A DNA stretch of 48,936 nucleotides from Candidatus Doudnabacteria bacterium (lineage in GTDB: Bacteria; Patescibacteriota; Doudnabacteria; UBA920). A model generated the notes under the pieces. That model saw only the letters and a program-made list of their open reading frames with translations. It ran no database searches and was not told the DNA's origin. Below, piece by piece: positions 1-9,036 of the stretch. Within the stretch, counting starts at the first letter, position 1. Each line of letters opens with the position of its first letter. The stretch is from NCBI GenBank assembly GCA_903908535.1, contig CAIVSE010000077.1:1-48936 (forward strand), read 5' to 3'. The position numbers and the translations under genes are program-made.

Positions 1-46
1 CCTACTGTTTACAAAACAGTTGCTCTACCAACTGAGCTACGCTGGC
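1..46 (-). tRNA. tRNA-Thr(UGU), 5' 46 nt (runs off the window edge)
   Basis: Reverse complement GCCAGCGTAGCTCAGTTGGTAGAGCA-ACTGT-TTTGTAA-ACAGT-AGG: canonical D-arm, anticodon stem, TGT anticodon. Confidence 0.9.
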
Positions 47-59
47 AAGCGACGGCGGG

Positions 60-82
60 TCTACCAACTGAGCTACATCGGC
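60..82 (-). pseudogene. Orphan 5' fragment (nt 1-23) of a second, probably Thr, tRNA allele
   Basis: GCCGATGTAGCTCAGTTGGTAGA = acceptor 5' strand plus D-arm, ending 13 nt upstream of the tRNA-Thr(UGU); acceptor strand differs from that gene. Confidence 0.75.
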
Positions 83-162
83 ATTTACCGAACTTTGCTT
101 ATTTTAACATAGATATCAAAAAAAATCCAGCGGCTTGATTTTAGGCTGGATTTTGGCTAAAA

Positions 163-408
163 TTGTTTTATATGATTATTACCAACGAACCAATTGTCCC
201 CGGCTCCCCGGTAAAATTTAAGGTTACCGGTTTTCCCGACGAAGACGCGGTTAAGGCTTCCGTGGAAAGGTTTTATGGCCTCAAGCCGGATGCCGACCGC
301 CAGTTTTTAATTTTTAATGCTTTTGATGAGCAAATTTTTGCAGGCAAAACCAGCGATGACGGACGGATTTTGTCGCTGGAGGCCACACATAAAATCAGCA
401 AACCTTAA
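163..408 (+). CDS. Hypothetical protein (ATG start probably 172)
   Basis: 81-aa ORF with no competing ORF, convergent with next gene. Confidence 0.55.
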   Translation: MFYMIITNEPIVPGSPVKFKVTGFPDEDAVKASVERFYGLKPDADRQFLIFNAFDEQIFAGKTSDDGRILSLEATHKISKP

Positions 409-410
409 AT

Positions 411-1388
411 TTACCTGCCGATTCTTACGGTAAAGCTTCCCGGGCGCAACCCAAACAGCCTGAAAATTTGCATACCGTTACCGCCCGGTAAAGTAATTGT
501 GGGTATGGTCACGGAACTCGGCCTGGGCGAGGAGCCAAGGCCATTAACGCCGTGGCCATGGCGGTGGTAGCCGTTGTCCAATCCCGGAGTGCCCGTTGGG
601 GTTGATGTCTCGGCCGTACCGGTCCTGGTCACGCTAAAACTGGCGCCGTCGGGACCTAAAGACGAAGCATCGGCCAAATCCTGGTTATTGGAATTTAACA
701 TGCTCATAGCCTGGCCGCCGGCCTGGGCCGCGGTTAAGGTTTGGCCGTTTTCTATTGTGGTCGCATTGCTGAAATTAACCGCGCCAAAATTATCCAAAGG
801 GATAAAGCTATTGCCGGACATTGGCATTTCCTCTATCCATTCCGCGGATGACAGCGAAGAATTATATTGCGTGCTGGCCTGGTAGCTTTGGCCGGTGGTG
901 TTGTCCCGCAAACTAACCAGCCACTGGGCGGGACCTTGCTCGGTAATAGAGGCTATTATAGAATCCCCGGCATTAACAGTTAATGGCACGGGTTGGGAAC
1001 CCTGTGGCAGGGTTTCAAACCAGGCTTGATATTGGATATTGCCGTTTTGGTCTATAGTTTGTGTGCCGGCCTGGATTAAGTCCTGGGTGTTTATGCCGCC
1101 AATGCCCACCCAAGTGGCATCTGCCGAAGGGCTTGGGGAACTGCTAATTTGCGGAATGTTCCAGGTACCGCTAACCGAGGTAAAATTACTGCCGCTAGCG
1201 GTATAACCGGCCCAGTTGTAAGATTTATTGGCGCCGGCCGGCGAGTTTTGCGCCGGTTGCTGGCCGTATTCGCTATAACCGGGTGTGCCCGGCATTTGGA
1301 TGGCCAAAGCCGGCACGGCGGCTAGCATTAGTCCGCCGGAAATCGCCATGGCCAAAAGGGATTTTAAAAAACTTTTTATTGTTTGCAT
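411..1388 (-). CDS. Secreted glutamic peptidase, family G1 (Peptidase_A4/eqolisin-like)
   Basis: Signal peptide; motifs SYNWAGY, WVGIGG, LIQAGT, SAEWIEE. Confidence 0.85.
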   Translation of the reverse strand: MQTIKSFLKSLLAMAISGGLMLAAVPALAIQMPGTPGYSEYGQQPAQNSPAGANKSYNWAGYTASGSNFTSVSGTWNIPQISSSPSPSADATWVGIGGINTQDLIQAGTQTIDQNGNIQYQAWFETLPQGSQPVPLTVNAGDSIIASITEQGPAQWLVSLRDNTTGQSYQASTQYNSSLSSAEWIEEMPMSGNSFIPLDNFGAVNFSNATTIENGQTLTAAQAGGQAMSMLNSNNQDLADASSLGPDGASFSVTRTGTAETSTPTGTPGLDNGYHRHGHGVNGLGSSPRPSSVTIPTITLPGGNGMQIFRLFGLRPGSFTVRIGR

Positions 1389-1497
1389 AATTTGTGTCCT
1401 TGGTTAAGACTGCTACTTTATAATACATTTTCCGGCCTCAAAACTTACAGGTTGACAAATTGATTTTTTGGCTTAAACTTATGGCAAGGAGGAATTC

Positions 1498-1677
1498 GTG
1501 CGGAAACTTTTTTTCTTTTGGCCGTACGCGGTGGTGTTTTGCTATGCCATGGTCTTCTTGACTATGAAGCCCCCGGTAAAGCCGGTAAATGTCCCAGGCG
1601 ACCGACCCAGTAAAGTCGGAATCCACAAGCTGTTCCAGCGCCCGTTCCAGCCTTCGCCGGAACGGAAAAAGTATTAG
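1498..1677 (+). CDS. Small single-TM protein (59 aa), absent from ORF track
   Basis: TTGACA at 1452, SD AGGAGG, GTG start, MRKLFFFWPYAVVFCYAMVFLTMKPPVKP..., terminator downstream. Confidence 0.6.
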   Translation: MRKLFFFWPYAVVFCYAMVFLTMKPPVKPVNVPGDRPSKVGIHKLFQRPFQPSPERKKY

Positions 1678-1715
1678 TTTGTTTACGGTTATTCCAGCTC
1701 GCCTGGCATAATCGG

Positions 1716-1741
1716 CCGCGGTTGCTAACCGCGGTTTTTTT
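1716..1741 (+). terminator. Intrinsic terminator
   Basis: CCGCGGTT-GCT-AACCGCGG followed by T-run. Confidence 0.7.
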
Positions 1742-1839
1742 GTTGCAGGGACTATTTAAAAATTAAAACCCCACGACCCGAAGGTGTGAGGTTGCTTGTA
1801 ATTTTCAACAAGCTAAGGTAGTACTTTAAAACTGAAAAG

Positions 1840-3408
1840 TCAGCTGACTTTTGCCCGCAACTCGACGAAGTTGACCTTGCGGTTGATCTCCTCATCGTGA
1901 GAGGACAAAGTCAGGTTACCCGGGAGAGGGAAAAGGTCGTTTTCCAGGACGTCGCCGAAATATTTGCGGCGATACGGCAGGAACTCGCGGAAGTTGTCGC
2001 GGTTGCGGATGATTACGCCGCCGGACATAGGGTGGCGGTGTAACGCGCCGCTAGCCCAGTGGAATATCCCTGAGCCAACGGTGCCAAGCGTGTCGGTGAT
2101 GGGTGTTGGGGAGTTTCTGTCCCGTTGCCATGCGTGGTGCGCAATCTGACCTAGTCGATAAAAGTCTCGGTAGCACCAATAAAGTAAACGCTCAAGTTCA
2201 CCCGGTTTGAAGTTAGGGTGCGCCCAAACACGATGTGTTGTGTCGTAACGGTCAAGGTTTTTTTCCTCCAGCAAACCTTGAGCCATAAACTCGCCGTATT
2301 GCTCGGTGCCAGGAATCGGCGTGAGTACATAAAACGAAGCGGAATTCGGGCCGACAGAGCGTAAGACCTTCATGTGTTCCTTAATGCTCTGTTCGTCCTG
2401 ATCGGGAAAGCCGATGATGTTGGAGAAATGGGATGTAATTCCAAACTCCCGACAAAGCTCGACTATCCGAATGTAGGTGTCCGGCCGATTCTGACCCTTG
2501 TGTACGCCTTTGAGGTCGCGTTTATTAAAGCTCTCGACGCCGACAAAGATGTGATAACAGCCCGCCTTAGCCATGAGCTGTAACAGTTCGGGTTGACGTT
2601 CAATCTGTGTGTCGGTTTGGCACAAGAACTTCATGCCGATTTTGTCGTCGATCATGGCTTGCATGAGTTCCGGAGCTTCGGCGTACTTATTGAGGTTATC
2701 CGAGGTGAACATCACGAGCCGAACGCCGGCTTGTTTTGCTAACCTTAGCGTTTTCAGCGTTGTTTCAATCGGTTGACTGCGAACCCGCCGTCCCGCAATC
2801 TTGATGACGGAACAGAAGTTGCACAGAAACGGGCAACCACGCGCCGGGTAAATACCCATCATCGGAAAGACATACCGTCCCAGTTCGTGTTGTGTGGGCG
2901 GAATAATGACCGGTGCTTCCACTTCCGTGGCCCAGCGCCGATCTCCCCCATATACCGGTTTGAGTTCACCAACAACAGCGTCAGTGAGAATTTCACTGAT
3001 GATCATCTCTGCCTCGGAAAGGGCAAAACTGATGCCGCGATTTTGGAGCATCGTGGTGTCGCAGGTCATGGGATGAGGTCCGCCTACAATCGCAAGACAT
3101 CCGTGGTCGACTGCGTATGCGGCTAAATCCTGCGCTCGTTGGAACTGATGGCTTTGAACGCCGACGAACATGGCCAGCGTGGTTACGCCTTTTTCTGCAT
3201 GCAGGCGATTTTGGTATTCACTTGGAACATAGACGGCTTCGTCGTAATACTCGGTTTCAACCGTCCGGCCATTCAGCCGAGGCGGAATCATACTGAGTAT
3301 AAAGCGGCCGGTGCTGTTCGGAAGAAACCCCCACCTGAAACGGGCAACGTACCCGTCCGGGTTATACTTCGAGGGTTTGATAATTACTACTCTCAAAGTC
3401 TTGTTCAT
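1840..3408 (-). CDS. B12-binding-domain radical SAM protein
   Basis: RGCPFLCNFC (CxxxCxxC), N-terminal VGGPHP, GVES, TPIPGT. Confidence 0.9.
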   Translation of the reverse strand: MNKTLRVVIIKPSKYNPDGYVARFRWGFLPNSTGRFILSMIPPRLNGRTVETEYYDEAVYVPSEYQNRLHAEKGVTTLAMFVGVQSHQFQRAQDLAAYAVDHGCLAIVGGPHPMTCDTTMLQNRGISFALSEAEMIISEILTDAVVGELKPVYGGDRRWATEVEAPVIIPPTQHELGRYVFPMMGIYPARGCPFLCNFCSVIKIAGRRVRSQPIETTLKTLRLAKQAGVRLVMFTSDNLNKYAEAPELMQAMIDDKIGMKFLCQTDTQIERQPELLQLMAKAGCYHIFVGVESFNKRDLKGVHKGQNRPDTYIRIVELCREFGITSHFSNIIGFPDQDEQSIKEHMKVLRSVGPNSASFYVLTPIPGTEQYGEFMAQGLLEEKNLDRYDTTHRVWAHPNFKPGELERLLYWCYRDFYRLGQIAHHAWQRDRNSPTPITDTLGTVGSGIFHWASGALHRHPMSGGVIIRNRDNFREFLPYRRKYFGDVLENDLFPLPGNLTLSSHDEEINRKVNFVELRAKVS

Positions 3409-3521
3409 TCGTTCCTCCTCGGAAGAATGAAATTATTATCTCACTTTTTATAGCTTAAGTCAATGCTCGGTTTACTGCCAAAAATTTGTTTAACTTTATC
3501 CCCCATTAATTTTAGCGGCGT

Positions 3522-3555
3522 GCCATGAACCTGAGCGGAGCGAATGGTTCATGGT
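3522..3555. repeat. REP-like hairpin overlapping the tRNA-Tyr 3' end
   Basis: CCATGAACC-TGAGCGGAGCGAAT-GGTTCATGG inverted repeat. Confidence 0.45.
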
Positions 3556-3638
3556 GGGCAGGATAGGATTCGAACCTATGAAGGCATAAAGCCAACTGAT
3601 TTACAGTCAGTCGCGTTTGACCGCTTCGCTACCTGCCC
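3552..3638 (-). tRNA. tRNA-Tyr(GUA)
   Basis: GGGCAGGTAGCGAAGCGGTCAAACGCG-ACTGA-CTGTAAA-TCAGT, long variable arm, GGTTCGAATCC, encoded CCA. Confidence 0.97.
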
Positions 3639-3698
3639 ATATTAAATTCTTAAGTAATTATACAGGAATTACCAAAAAAATCAATCGTTTTTATAATA

Positions 3699-4166
3699 CT
3701 AATTTAACCGCCAAATGCTAAAGTTCAGGTAAGCTGCAAAGGTTACCCAAATAATATATGGAACCATCAACCAGGCGGCAGCCGGTGAAATTTTGGAGAA
3801 TTCGAAAATTGTCAAAATAATAGACAGCCAAAGGAAAATAATTTCCGCAAAAGCCGCGGCCGGATTGTGCCAGCCAAAAAAGATGGCTGACCACAGGACA
3901 TTTAAAACTAACTGGATAAGAAATACTATGAGGGCAATGACAACGCCTGGGCTGGCTATTCCCCGTTGCCAGACCAGCCAGGCCGCAACGGCCATCAATA
4001 AATATAAAATGGTCCAGACCGGCGCGAATACCCAATTGGGTGGGTTTAGCCTTGGGCGGTTTAAAGTTTTATACCAGCCGCGGATATTTCTAGCGGTAAA
4101 AATGGAGCCCAAAGCTCCCGCGCCTTCGGTTATAACAATAGCCAATACCAATTGTAAAATATTCAT
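3699..4166 (-). CDS. tspO: TspO/MBR tryptophan-rich sensory protein
   Basis: [48 protein letters not shown]. Confidence 0.95.
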   Translation of the reverse strand: [155 protein letters not shown]

Positions 4167-4221
4167 TTTTTTGTTTTTAATTTTCCCATTTTAACTATAG
4201 CACTTTTGGTTTTATTTACAA

Positions 4222-4247
4222 CAAAAAACCCTAACATAAGTTAAGGT
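4222..4247 (-). terminator. Terminator behind the tRNA-Thr 3' half (presumed original tRNA terminator)
   Basis: AACCTTAAC-TTAT-GTTAGGGTT-TTTT on minus strand just after the CCA end. Confidence 0.6.
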
Positions 4248-4253
4248 TGTTTG

Positions 4254-4298
4254 TGGAGCCCAAGTGCGGAATTGAACCGCAGACCTGCTCCTTACCAT
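4254..4298 (-). pseudogene. 3' half (nt 32-76) of intronless tRNA-Thr(GGU); island att junction
   Basis: ATGGTAA-GGAGC-AGGTCTGCGGTTCAATTCCGCACTTGGGCTCCA; C43 pairs with G27 of the 5' half at 17880-17917. Confidence 0.92.
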
Positions 4299-4359
4299 CA
4301 ATAACCCCGAAGCAATTTTTGCACTTTGTGCAATAATTACAGGGAGAAAATGATTTTTT

Positions 4360-4381
4360 AGTTCACAAATATATACCGTTG
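4360..4381 (+). repeat. Left sub-terminal inverted repeat
   Basis: AGTTCACAAA-TA-TATACCGTTG; partner at 17745-17768 on minus strand. Confidence 0.85.
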
Positions 4382-4487
4382 CTAGGGCCTATTTATAACC
4401 AGTTATATTATAGACAAAGGAGTCTAAAAAAGCACTGCAACAACATATTTAATTTTTAAATGGGCTTACGGCTTAATTTTACATAAT

Positions 4488-5429
4488 TTACTTGAATAAT
4501 GCAACCCGCAGAGCGTTAAGGCCAGACTGCAAATTAGTGTCTGGCAACCATCGCAAATACACATTTATTGTTGTCCGTACGTCTTTGTGCCCCATCATAG
4601 ATGATAACCGCAGCAAGTCTTTTGTGGCCACGTAAAAATTTACGGCAAAGGTGTGGCGAAACCTATGAAGATGGCATTTTAGTCCCGTCGCTTCTTCCAG
4701 TTTTTTTATGAAGTGTTTGCCCCCGTGTTCCGTAAAGTTCCTATCTTCGGAGCTGGAGACCCATAAGTATGGAGTGGTTAGGGTTTTGCGGGCTTCCAGG
4801 TAAGTTCCCAGGTGGCTCATTAAATTTTCTTCAATTGGGACATAGTGGGTAATACGGGACTTTGAGATTTCCGCCCGCACGGTTAAAATTTTATTTTTTA
4901 AATCAAGGTCATCCAGCCGTAAACCGAATAATTCTTCTTTACGAACCCCAGTCATGCTTAGGAAATAAATCATGGTGTTATTTCGGATTCGCTGCAAAAG
5001 ATTCTCCCAAACAATATTGCGGCCCACGGCTAGGCAAATTTTGTCAAACTCCTCCAGTGTGAAAGCCCTTCTATCCGTGTACGAAACTTCTGGGTGCGGA
5101 ATTTTGTCAAAAGGGTTAGCGGTTATATGTCCTCCAATAACCAGCCAATTAAAGAATGAGCTTAACTTCCCCCTTATTGTGGATATGCTTGAATTTTTTA
5201 ATTTGCGGACTATCAGATGTTTGCCGACCTTCCTTTCCCGTGAGTTTAAGTAAGCAAAAAGATTTACCATTAGTTCGGGATTTAAATCTGCGGCCTGAAT
5301 GTCTGGCTTAAATTCAGTCAACAAGCCAAAATTATCCCGATAATTTTTTACGGTTTTTGGGGACTTCCCTTCCAAGTTTTCCGCCTGATTTACAAAATCT
5401 TCAAATAATTGTTTTAAGTTTTTTTCCAT
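4488..5429 (-). CDS. Tyrosine recombinase/integrase (island left end)
   Basis: TGVRKEEL, HRFRHTFA, MMGHKDVRTTINVY catalytic motifs; N-terminal core-binding domain. Confidence 0.95.
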   Translation of the reverse strand: MEKNLKQLFEDFVNQAENLEGKSPKTVKNYRDNFGLLTEFKPDIQAADLNPELMVNLFAYLNSRERKVGKHLIVRKLKNSSISTIRGKLSSFFNWLVIGGHITANPFDKIPHPEVSYTDRRAFTLEEFDKICLAVGRNIVWENLLQRIRNNTMIYFLSMTGVRKEELFGLRLDDLDLKNKILTVRAEISKSRITHYVPIEENLMSHLGTYLEARKTLTTPYLWVSSSEDRNFTEHGGKHFIKKLEEATGLKCHLHRFRHTFAVNFYVATKDLLRLSSMMGHKDVRTTINVYLRWLPDTNLQSGLNALRVALFK

Positions 5430-5595
5430 TGGGAACAGGTCTTTCTTCCAGGTTCTCCAGGCCTTTTTCTACGAATTTATTTATCAGGTCTAGGACTTTC
5501 GCCTGCTCATAGGCAGCTAAAATTTTTACACGCTTGTGTAATTTAGCATCCAGCCTAACCTGTTTTGTGGGGTCGCTTCGTAATTTTGTTGACAT
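5401..5595 (-). CDS. Small ribbon-helix-helix-like DNA-binding protein
   Basis: KQVRLDAKLHKRVKILAAYEQAKVLDLINKFVEKGL fits strand-helix-helix pattern; overlaps integrase start. Confidence 0.6.
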   Translation of the reverse strand: MSTKLRSDPTKQVRLDAKLHKRVKILAAYEQAKVLDLINKFVEKGLENLEERPVPNGKKLKTII

Positions 5596-5639
5596 AAGAG
5601 TTTATAACCGCTTCTATTTCCTTTCATCCCCTCCTTCGG

Positions 5640-5905
5640 CTCATGGAAAGCCTGCTTCTACAATCAGTCAGCATGTCCTTTACAAAACGTTTGGCAAATA
5701 AAACGGGAAAAATAGGATTTGCCACGGCTTTTGGTTATTCACGCTGAATTTTTGTCTGACTAAAAGCGGACTAAAATTACTATTGCCGAACGGGTGAAAG
5801 TCCCCCGTTGTCAAGCGGTCAGACAGAGCGGGGACAATTATCCATTCGCCAATAGTTTGCGGCTGGTTTTTTTCGGGAGACTAACCGACGACTCCCTTCC
5901 ATGAG
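5640..5905. ncRNA. Closed multi-branch structured element upstream of RHH/integrase
   Basis: CTCATGGAA(5640)/TTCCATGAG(5897) closing helix; nested AGTCAG/CTGACT and TGGCAAAT/ATTTGCCA; long hairpin 5779-5857; GGGAG/CTCCC. Confidence 0.45.
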
Positions 5906-5925
5906 GTTGTTGCTTGGGAAAATCC

Positions 5926-6250
5926 AAACAAAAAAACCTAAAAACTACCCATATTCTAATTTTTAGAATACAAATAATTTTTAGGTTTCTCGGCGTTCAA
6001 CTGGCCGCCCTAAAATTTTTACGCTATACACCATTGCAGCCTGTCTGCTCGGATGTTTGACGCCGTTTAGCTTCAATGATTAAAGCTCGCGGTGGAAGGT
6101 TATAGTGTCTCCACTTGGACTGTTTTTAGTCCGTCACCCGCTTTTGTGGCAGGTGTTTACCTAAAGGCTCCGATTATTCCAGGGACGAGCCTAAAAGGGT
6201 TCCAAATATCGTAAAACTTATGAAATTTTAAAAAATCTTCTACTAATAAC
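5926..6250 (-). ncRNA. Putative ~320-nt structured ncRNA or leader
   Basis: Downstream of a sigma70 promoter; six hairpins (AGGCTC/GAGCCT, CACCTGC/GCGGGTG, GGACT/AGTCC, GTGGAG/TTCCAC, AGCTT/AAGCT, CGGCGT/ACGCCG); ends in terminator-like hairpin 5933-5988 plus U-run; no ORF. Confidence 0.5.
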
Positions 6251-6257
6251 TAAGGGT

Positions 6258-6286
6258 ATTTTAAACCGAAGCCGAAAAACTGTCAA
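6258..6286 (-). promoter_or_regulatory. sigma70-type promoter
   Basis: TTGACA-17 bp-TAAAAT. Confidence 0.75.
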
Positions 6287-6311
6287 GAACAAATTACCAG
6301 TTTTCGTGGTA

Positions 6312-6340
6312 TTGCCAAAATAAGCTAAAAGAGTTAATAT
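6312..6340 (+). promoter_or_regulatory. sigma70-type promoter for the cargo operon
   Basis: TTGCCA-17 bp-TAATAT. Confidence 0.6.
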
Positions 6341-6516
6341 TAAAGCACAATTTAATCAGTTTGCCTAACCCCACAGCGGTGCTATGGGCATGGCAAAAAC
6401 CCACTCTCATGCAGCGACGGTCGTCTGTCTTGCTTTAGCCATGAGAGTGGTCTCTGCCCGAAAGGGCAGATGGAGCAAGCGGGCGGCCTTTTTTGATGCC
6501 CGCAGAAAGACTATTT

Positions 6517-7890
6517 ATGAAAAAACTTCTATTGACGATTTTAGTAACAATTTTACTGGCTCCTACTTTGGCTTCGGCTGATGATTTTGAAGGCTTAAGT
6601 TCTTTGGGCAGCCAAACAACCACAACGACTCCAAGTCCTATATCTTTTTACTATGGGGATAACAACCCTTCAACAAATATTACGTTTAAAACCAACTGTA
6701 AAAAATTACCGTCGGTGTCAATTGCTGGATTGCCGGCAGGTGCTTTCACTCCTTCTGTTAGCACTAACCCACGTTCACTCGGTTCCTCCGTTTTGTTTGT
6801 AACAGTTTCATTCGGCGGCGCGTTACTTGAAGAGGGGCAATTTTCAATAAGCATAACCCTAACAGATGCCTGTAATCCAAATTTAACACAAACCACTTTA
6901 TACAATGTAAAAGTTTCAAGCACCTTTGATGTAACAAGTAATTACGTTTTGCCATCTGGATATACCGGCCTTGCCTATAACGCGGCCATCAATTTCCAGT
7001 ATAAAGGAATATATACCCCCTCCGTAAGTTTTACTGGATTACCTGCGGGGATGACTCTTAGCAAGGTGGTGCAAAATTCCCCCAATACCTCCGGCATTAT
7101 TCCCGTGCAGTCTTACTCTGTGATTTTAAGCGGCACCCCAACACAGTCTGGTTTCTTTAACCCACAACTATTTATAACTGACCCGACAACTGATAACACG
7201 GACACATATTCTGACAATTTGTCGCTTACAATTATCCAAAGCTCTAATGCTCCCACAATCCAGGCTTCCACCACTCCAGTCACTAGCAGCCAGCCTGGAA
7301 ATATAACCGACCTGGCAGGGACAAATATAAGCTCTAATGGCACGGTATATATGATTACCGCCAGCGGCCAAAAACGGCCGTATACTTCCGCTGGAGCCTT
7401 CCTGTCTTATGGTTTTAATTCCTGGGCTGACGTTGTTACAGCCAGCTCGGCCGATTTAGCTTTACCAACTGGAAATTTTATTCCACCACGGGACGGGAAG
7501 ATTATCTGTTCCAACAAGGGAAGTGATACGGGCACTTGTTATTTAATTACCAACAGCGAAAAGGCCGCCTTTACCAGTTCGGCGGTATTCACAGGTTTAG
7601 GGTTTAGTTTTTCTAATTCTTTGAGCGGTGACGTTTCTTTCCTAAATTCTGCTCCCAATATAAATTCTGTAACTCAAACTCACCCAGAAGGGGTTTTGTT
7701 AAACAAAGGCGGGACGATTTACCTTGTCGGCAACAATGGCTTGCTGGGAGTTCCCGATGTAAACACTTTGACCTCTTGGGGTTACACTTCCAGCGATTCA
7801 GTGCTTGCTAATTCGGCCGACAATGCTTTGCCGCAAATAGGCGTTATGCCCGCTCATACCGCTGGGGCTTTAAATCCTTTTGGAAACTGA
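6517..7890 (+). CDS. Secreted/surface protein with Ig-like (He_PIG-type) repeats and CPR-type C-terminal repeat domain
   Basis: Signal peptide MKKLLLTIL...ASA, GLPAG / LSGTPT motifs, C-terminal KRPYTSAGAFLSYGF domain; start refined from ORF 6493. Confidence 0.75.
   Translation: MKKLLLTILVTILLAPTLASADDFEGLSSLGSQTTTTTPSPISFYYGDNNPSTNITFKTNCKKLPSVSIAGLPAGAFTPSVSTNPRSLGSSVLFVTVSFGGALLEEGQFSISITLTDACNPNLTQTTLYNVKVSSTFDVTSNYVLPSGYTGLAYNAAINFQYKGIYTPSVSFTGLPAGMTLSKVVQNSPNTSGIIPVQSYSVILSGTPTQSGFFNPQLFITDPTTDNTDTYSDNLSLTIIQSSNAPTIQASTTPVTSSQPGNITDLAGTNISSNGTVYMITASGQKRPYTSAGAFLSYGFNSWADVVTASSADLALPTGNFIPPRDGKIICSNKGSDTGTCYLITNSEKAAFTSSAVFTGLGFSFSNSLSGDVSFLNSAPNINSVTQTHPEGVLLNKGGTIYLVGNNGLLGVPDVNTLTSWGYTSSDSVLANSADNALPQIGVMPAHTAGALNPFGN
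7309..7890 (+). repeat. ~580-bp direct repeat, copy 1
   Basis: Colinear with 12624-13205, many synonymous differences. Confidence 0.9.
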
Positions 7891-7905
7891 TATCAAAAAT
7901 ATTTT

Positions 7906-9036
7906 ATGAACTTCCAGGAATTACAATCAAAGTGGTGGTATAGACTTCTAAAGATTATTTTTGCCTTGGCTTTTGTGGTCGGTGTGATTTTTGCATTTGT
8001 CGCCATTAGCCAGTATTTACCATCTAAAAGCACTCCTGCCGCAAAATCTATATTGAACTTCCAACAATTTTCACAATTACACGACGATGGGTTAAGTGTT
8101 CAACAGATTGTAGATTTTAACCACGTTCTCTATCCCTCATCTTCCAGCACTCCTTCCCAGTCCTCGGTAAAGACACCTTCTTGGCTGACTTACTTTGAAA
8201 TTTTAATTGGAGCTATACTGGTTGAAATAATATTTTTTTGGCTGATTCGTGGAGCGTTTTTGTATATTTTTGTTGGAAAAAAAACTTTAGCCACCAATGG
8301 CGCACTTTTTGGCGCAAAAAAAGCGACTAAAGTAGTTTTGGTGTTGGTTGGTGTTGCGCTGCTTGTTTTTGTAATTGTACGTATTTATTCCACAGTAAAA
8401 AATTACGGAGTAGTAAGTAATCCCGTTATGCCGCCTTCCCTTCAAATGCCAGTTACTGTTTTACCGACTAACGACGCTATTAACGGAAGCGGGACTTACT
8501 CCGATAAATACCCTCTAACATTTTCCGTAACGGGGAATAGCCAACTTACGAGTGAATTGGCCGCTTACGGGGTAATATATAAGGTCTGGCTGGGACTAAC
8601 AGGCTGGACTGGTTCGGGCAGTATCGGGGTAGACGGTAGTAGTGTTGTAAGTTTACATCCTGTTGGCGGGGGTGCCGATTATGGAGAGAGGGTTTCCTAT
8701 TCTGAAATACCCGCCTGCGCTGGATGTATGGAAGAAAACGCCGCACCTTACTTTTCAAGTGCAATGCAGACATACCAAGAATACGATGAAAAAAGTTTTG
8801 GTGTTCCTATAACCGTACCGCAAGGGCTAGAAGTTACGCCTATTTCATCCACGTTAGTAACTTACACATTGCCCGACGCTGACGGTCTGTCAACGCTCGG
8901 CGTGGTCTATTACCTTCCTGGTAGCCAAACAGTCAATGCTTATTACACAGATGCTGAATTTGTTTTGCCTGTGGGAGATACGGATTTATTAAACTTTTTG
9001 GCGCAGAATTTTATTCAGCAGGAAGGGTTAAAATAA
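7906..9036 (+). CDS. Multi-TM protein with C-terminal DUF4850-like domain
   Basis: Three hydrophobic segments; GWTGSGSIGVDGS and IPACAGC motifs. Confidence 0.55.
   Translation: MNFQELQSKWWYRLLKIIFALAFVVGVIFAFVAISQYLPSKSTPAAKSILNFQQFSQLHDDGLSVQQIVDFNHVLYPSSSSTPSQSSVKTPSWLTYFEILIGAILVEIIFFWLIRGAFLYIFVGKKTLATNGALFGAKKATKVVLVLVGVALLVFVIVRIYSTVKNYGVVSNPVMPPSLQMPVTVLPTNDAINGSGTYSDKYPLTFSVTGNSQLTSELAAYGVIYKVWLGLTGWTGSGSIGVDGSSVVSLHPVGGGADYGERVSYSEIPACAGCMEENAAPYFSSAMQTYQEYDEKSFGVPITVPQGLEVTPISSTLVTYTLPDADGLSTLGVVYYLPGSQTVNAYYTDAEFVLPVGDTDLLNFLAQNFIQQEGLK

Noticed and set aside
5990-6060. Guide/bridge-like matches between the integrase-upstream RNA and att sites (GAGCAG, ACAGG, ATGGT)
   Set aside because: Only 5-6 nt matches, expected by chance; no support for RNA-guided recombination.
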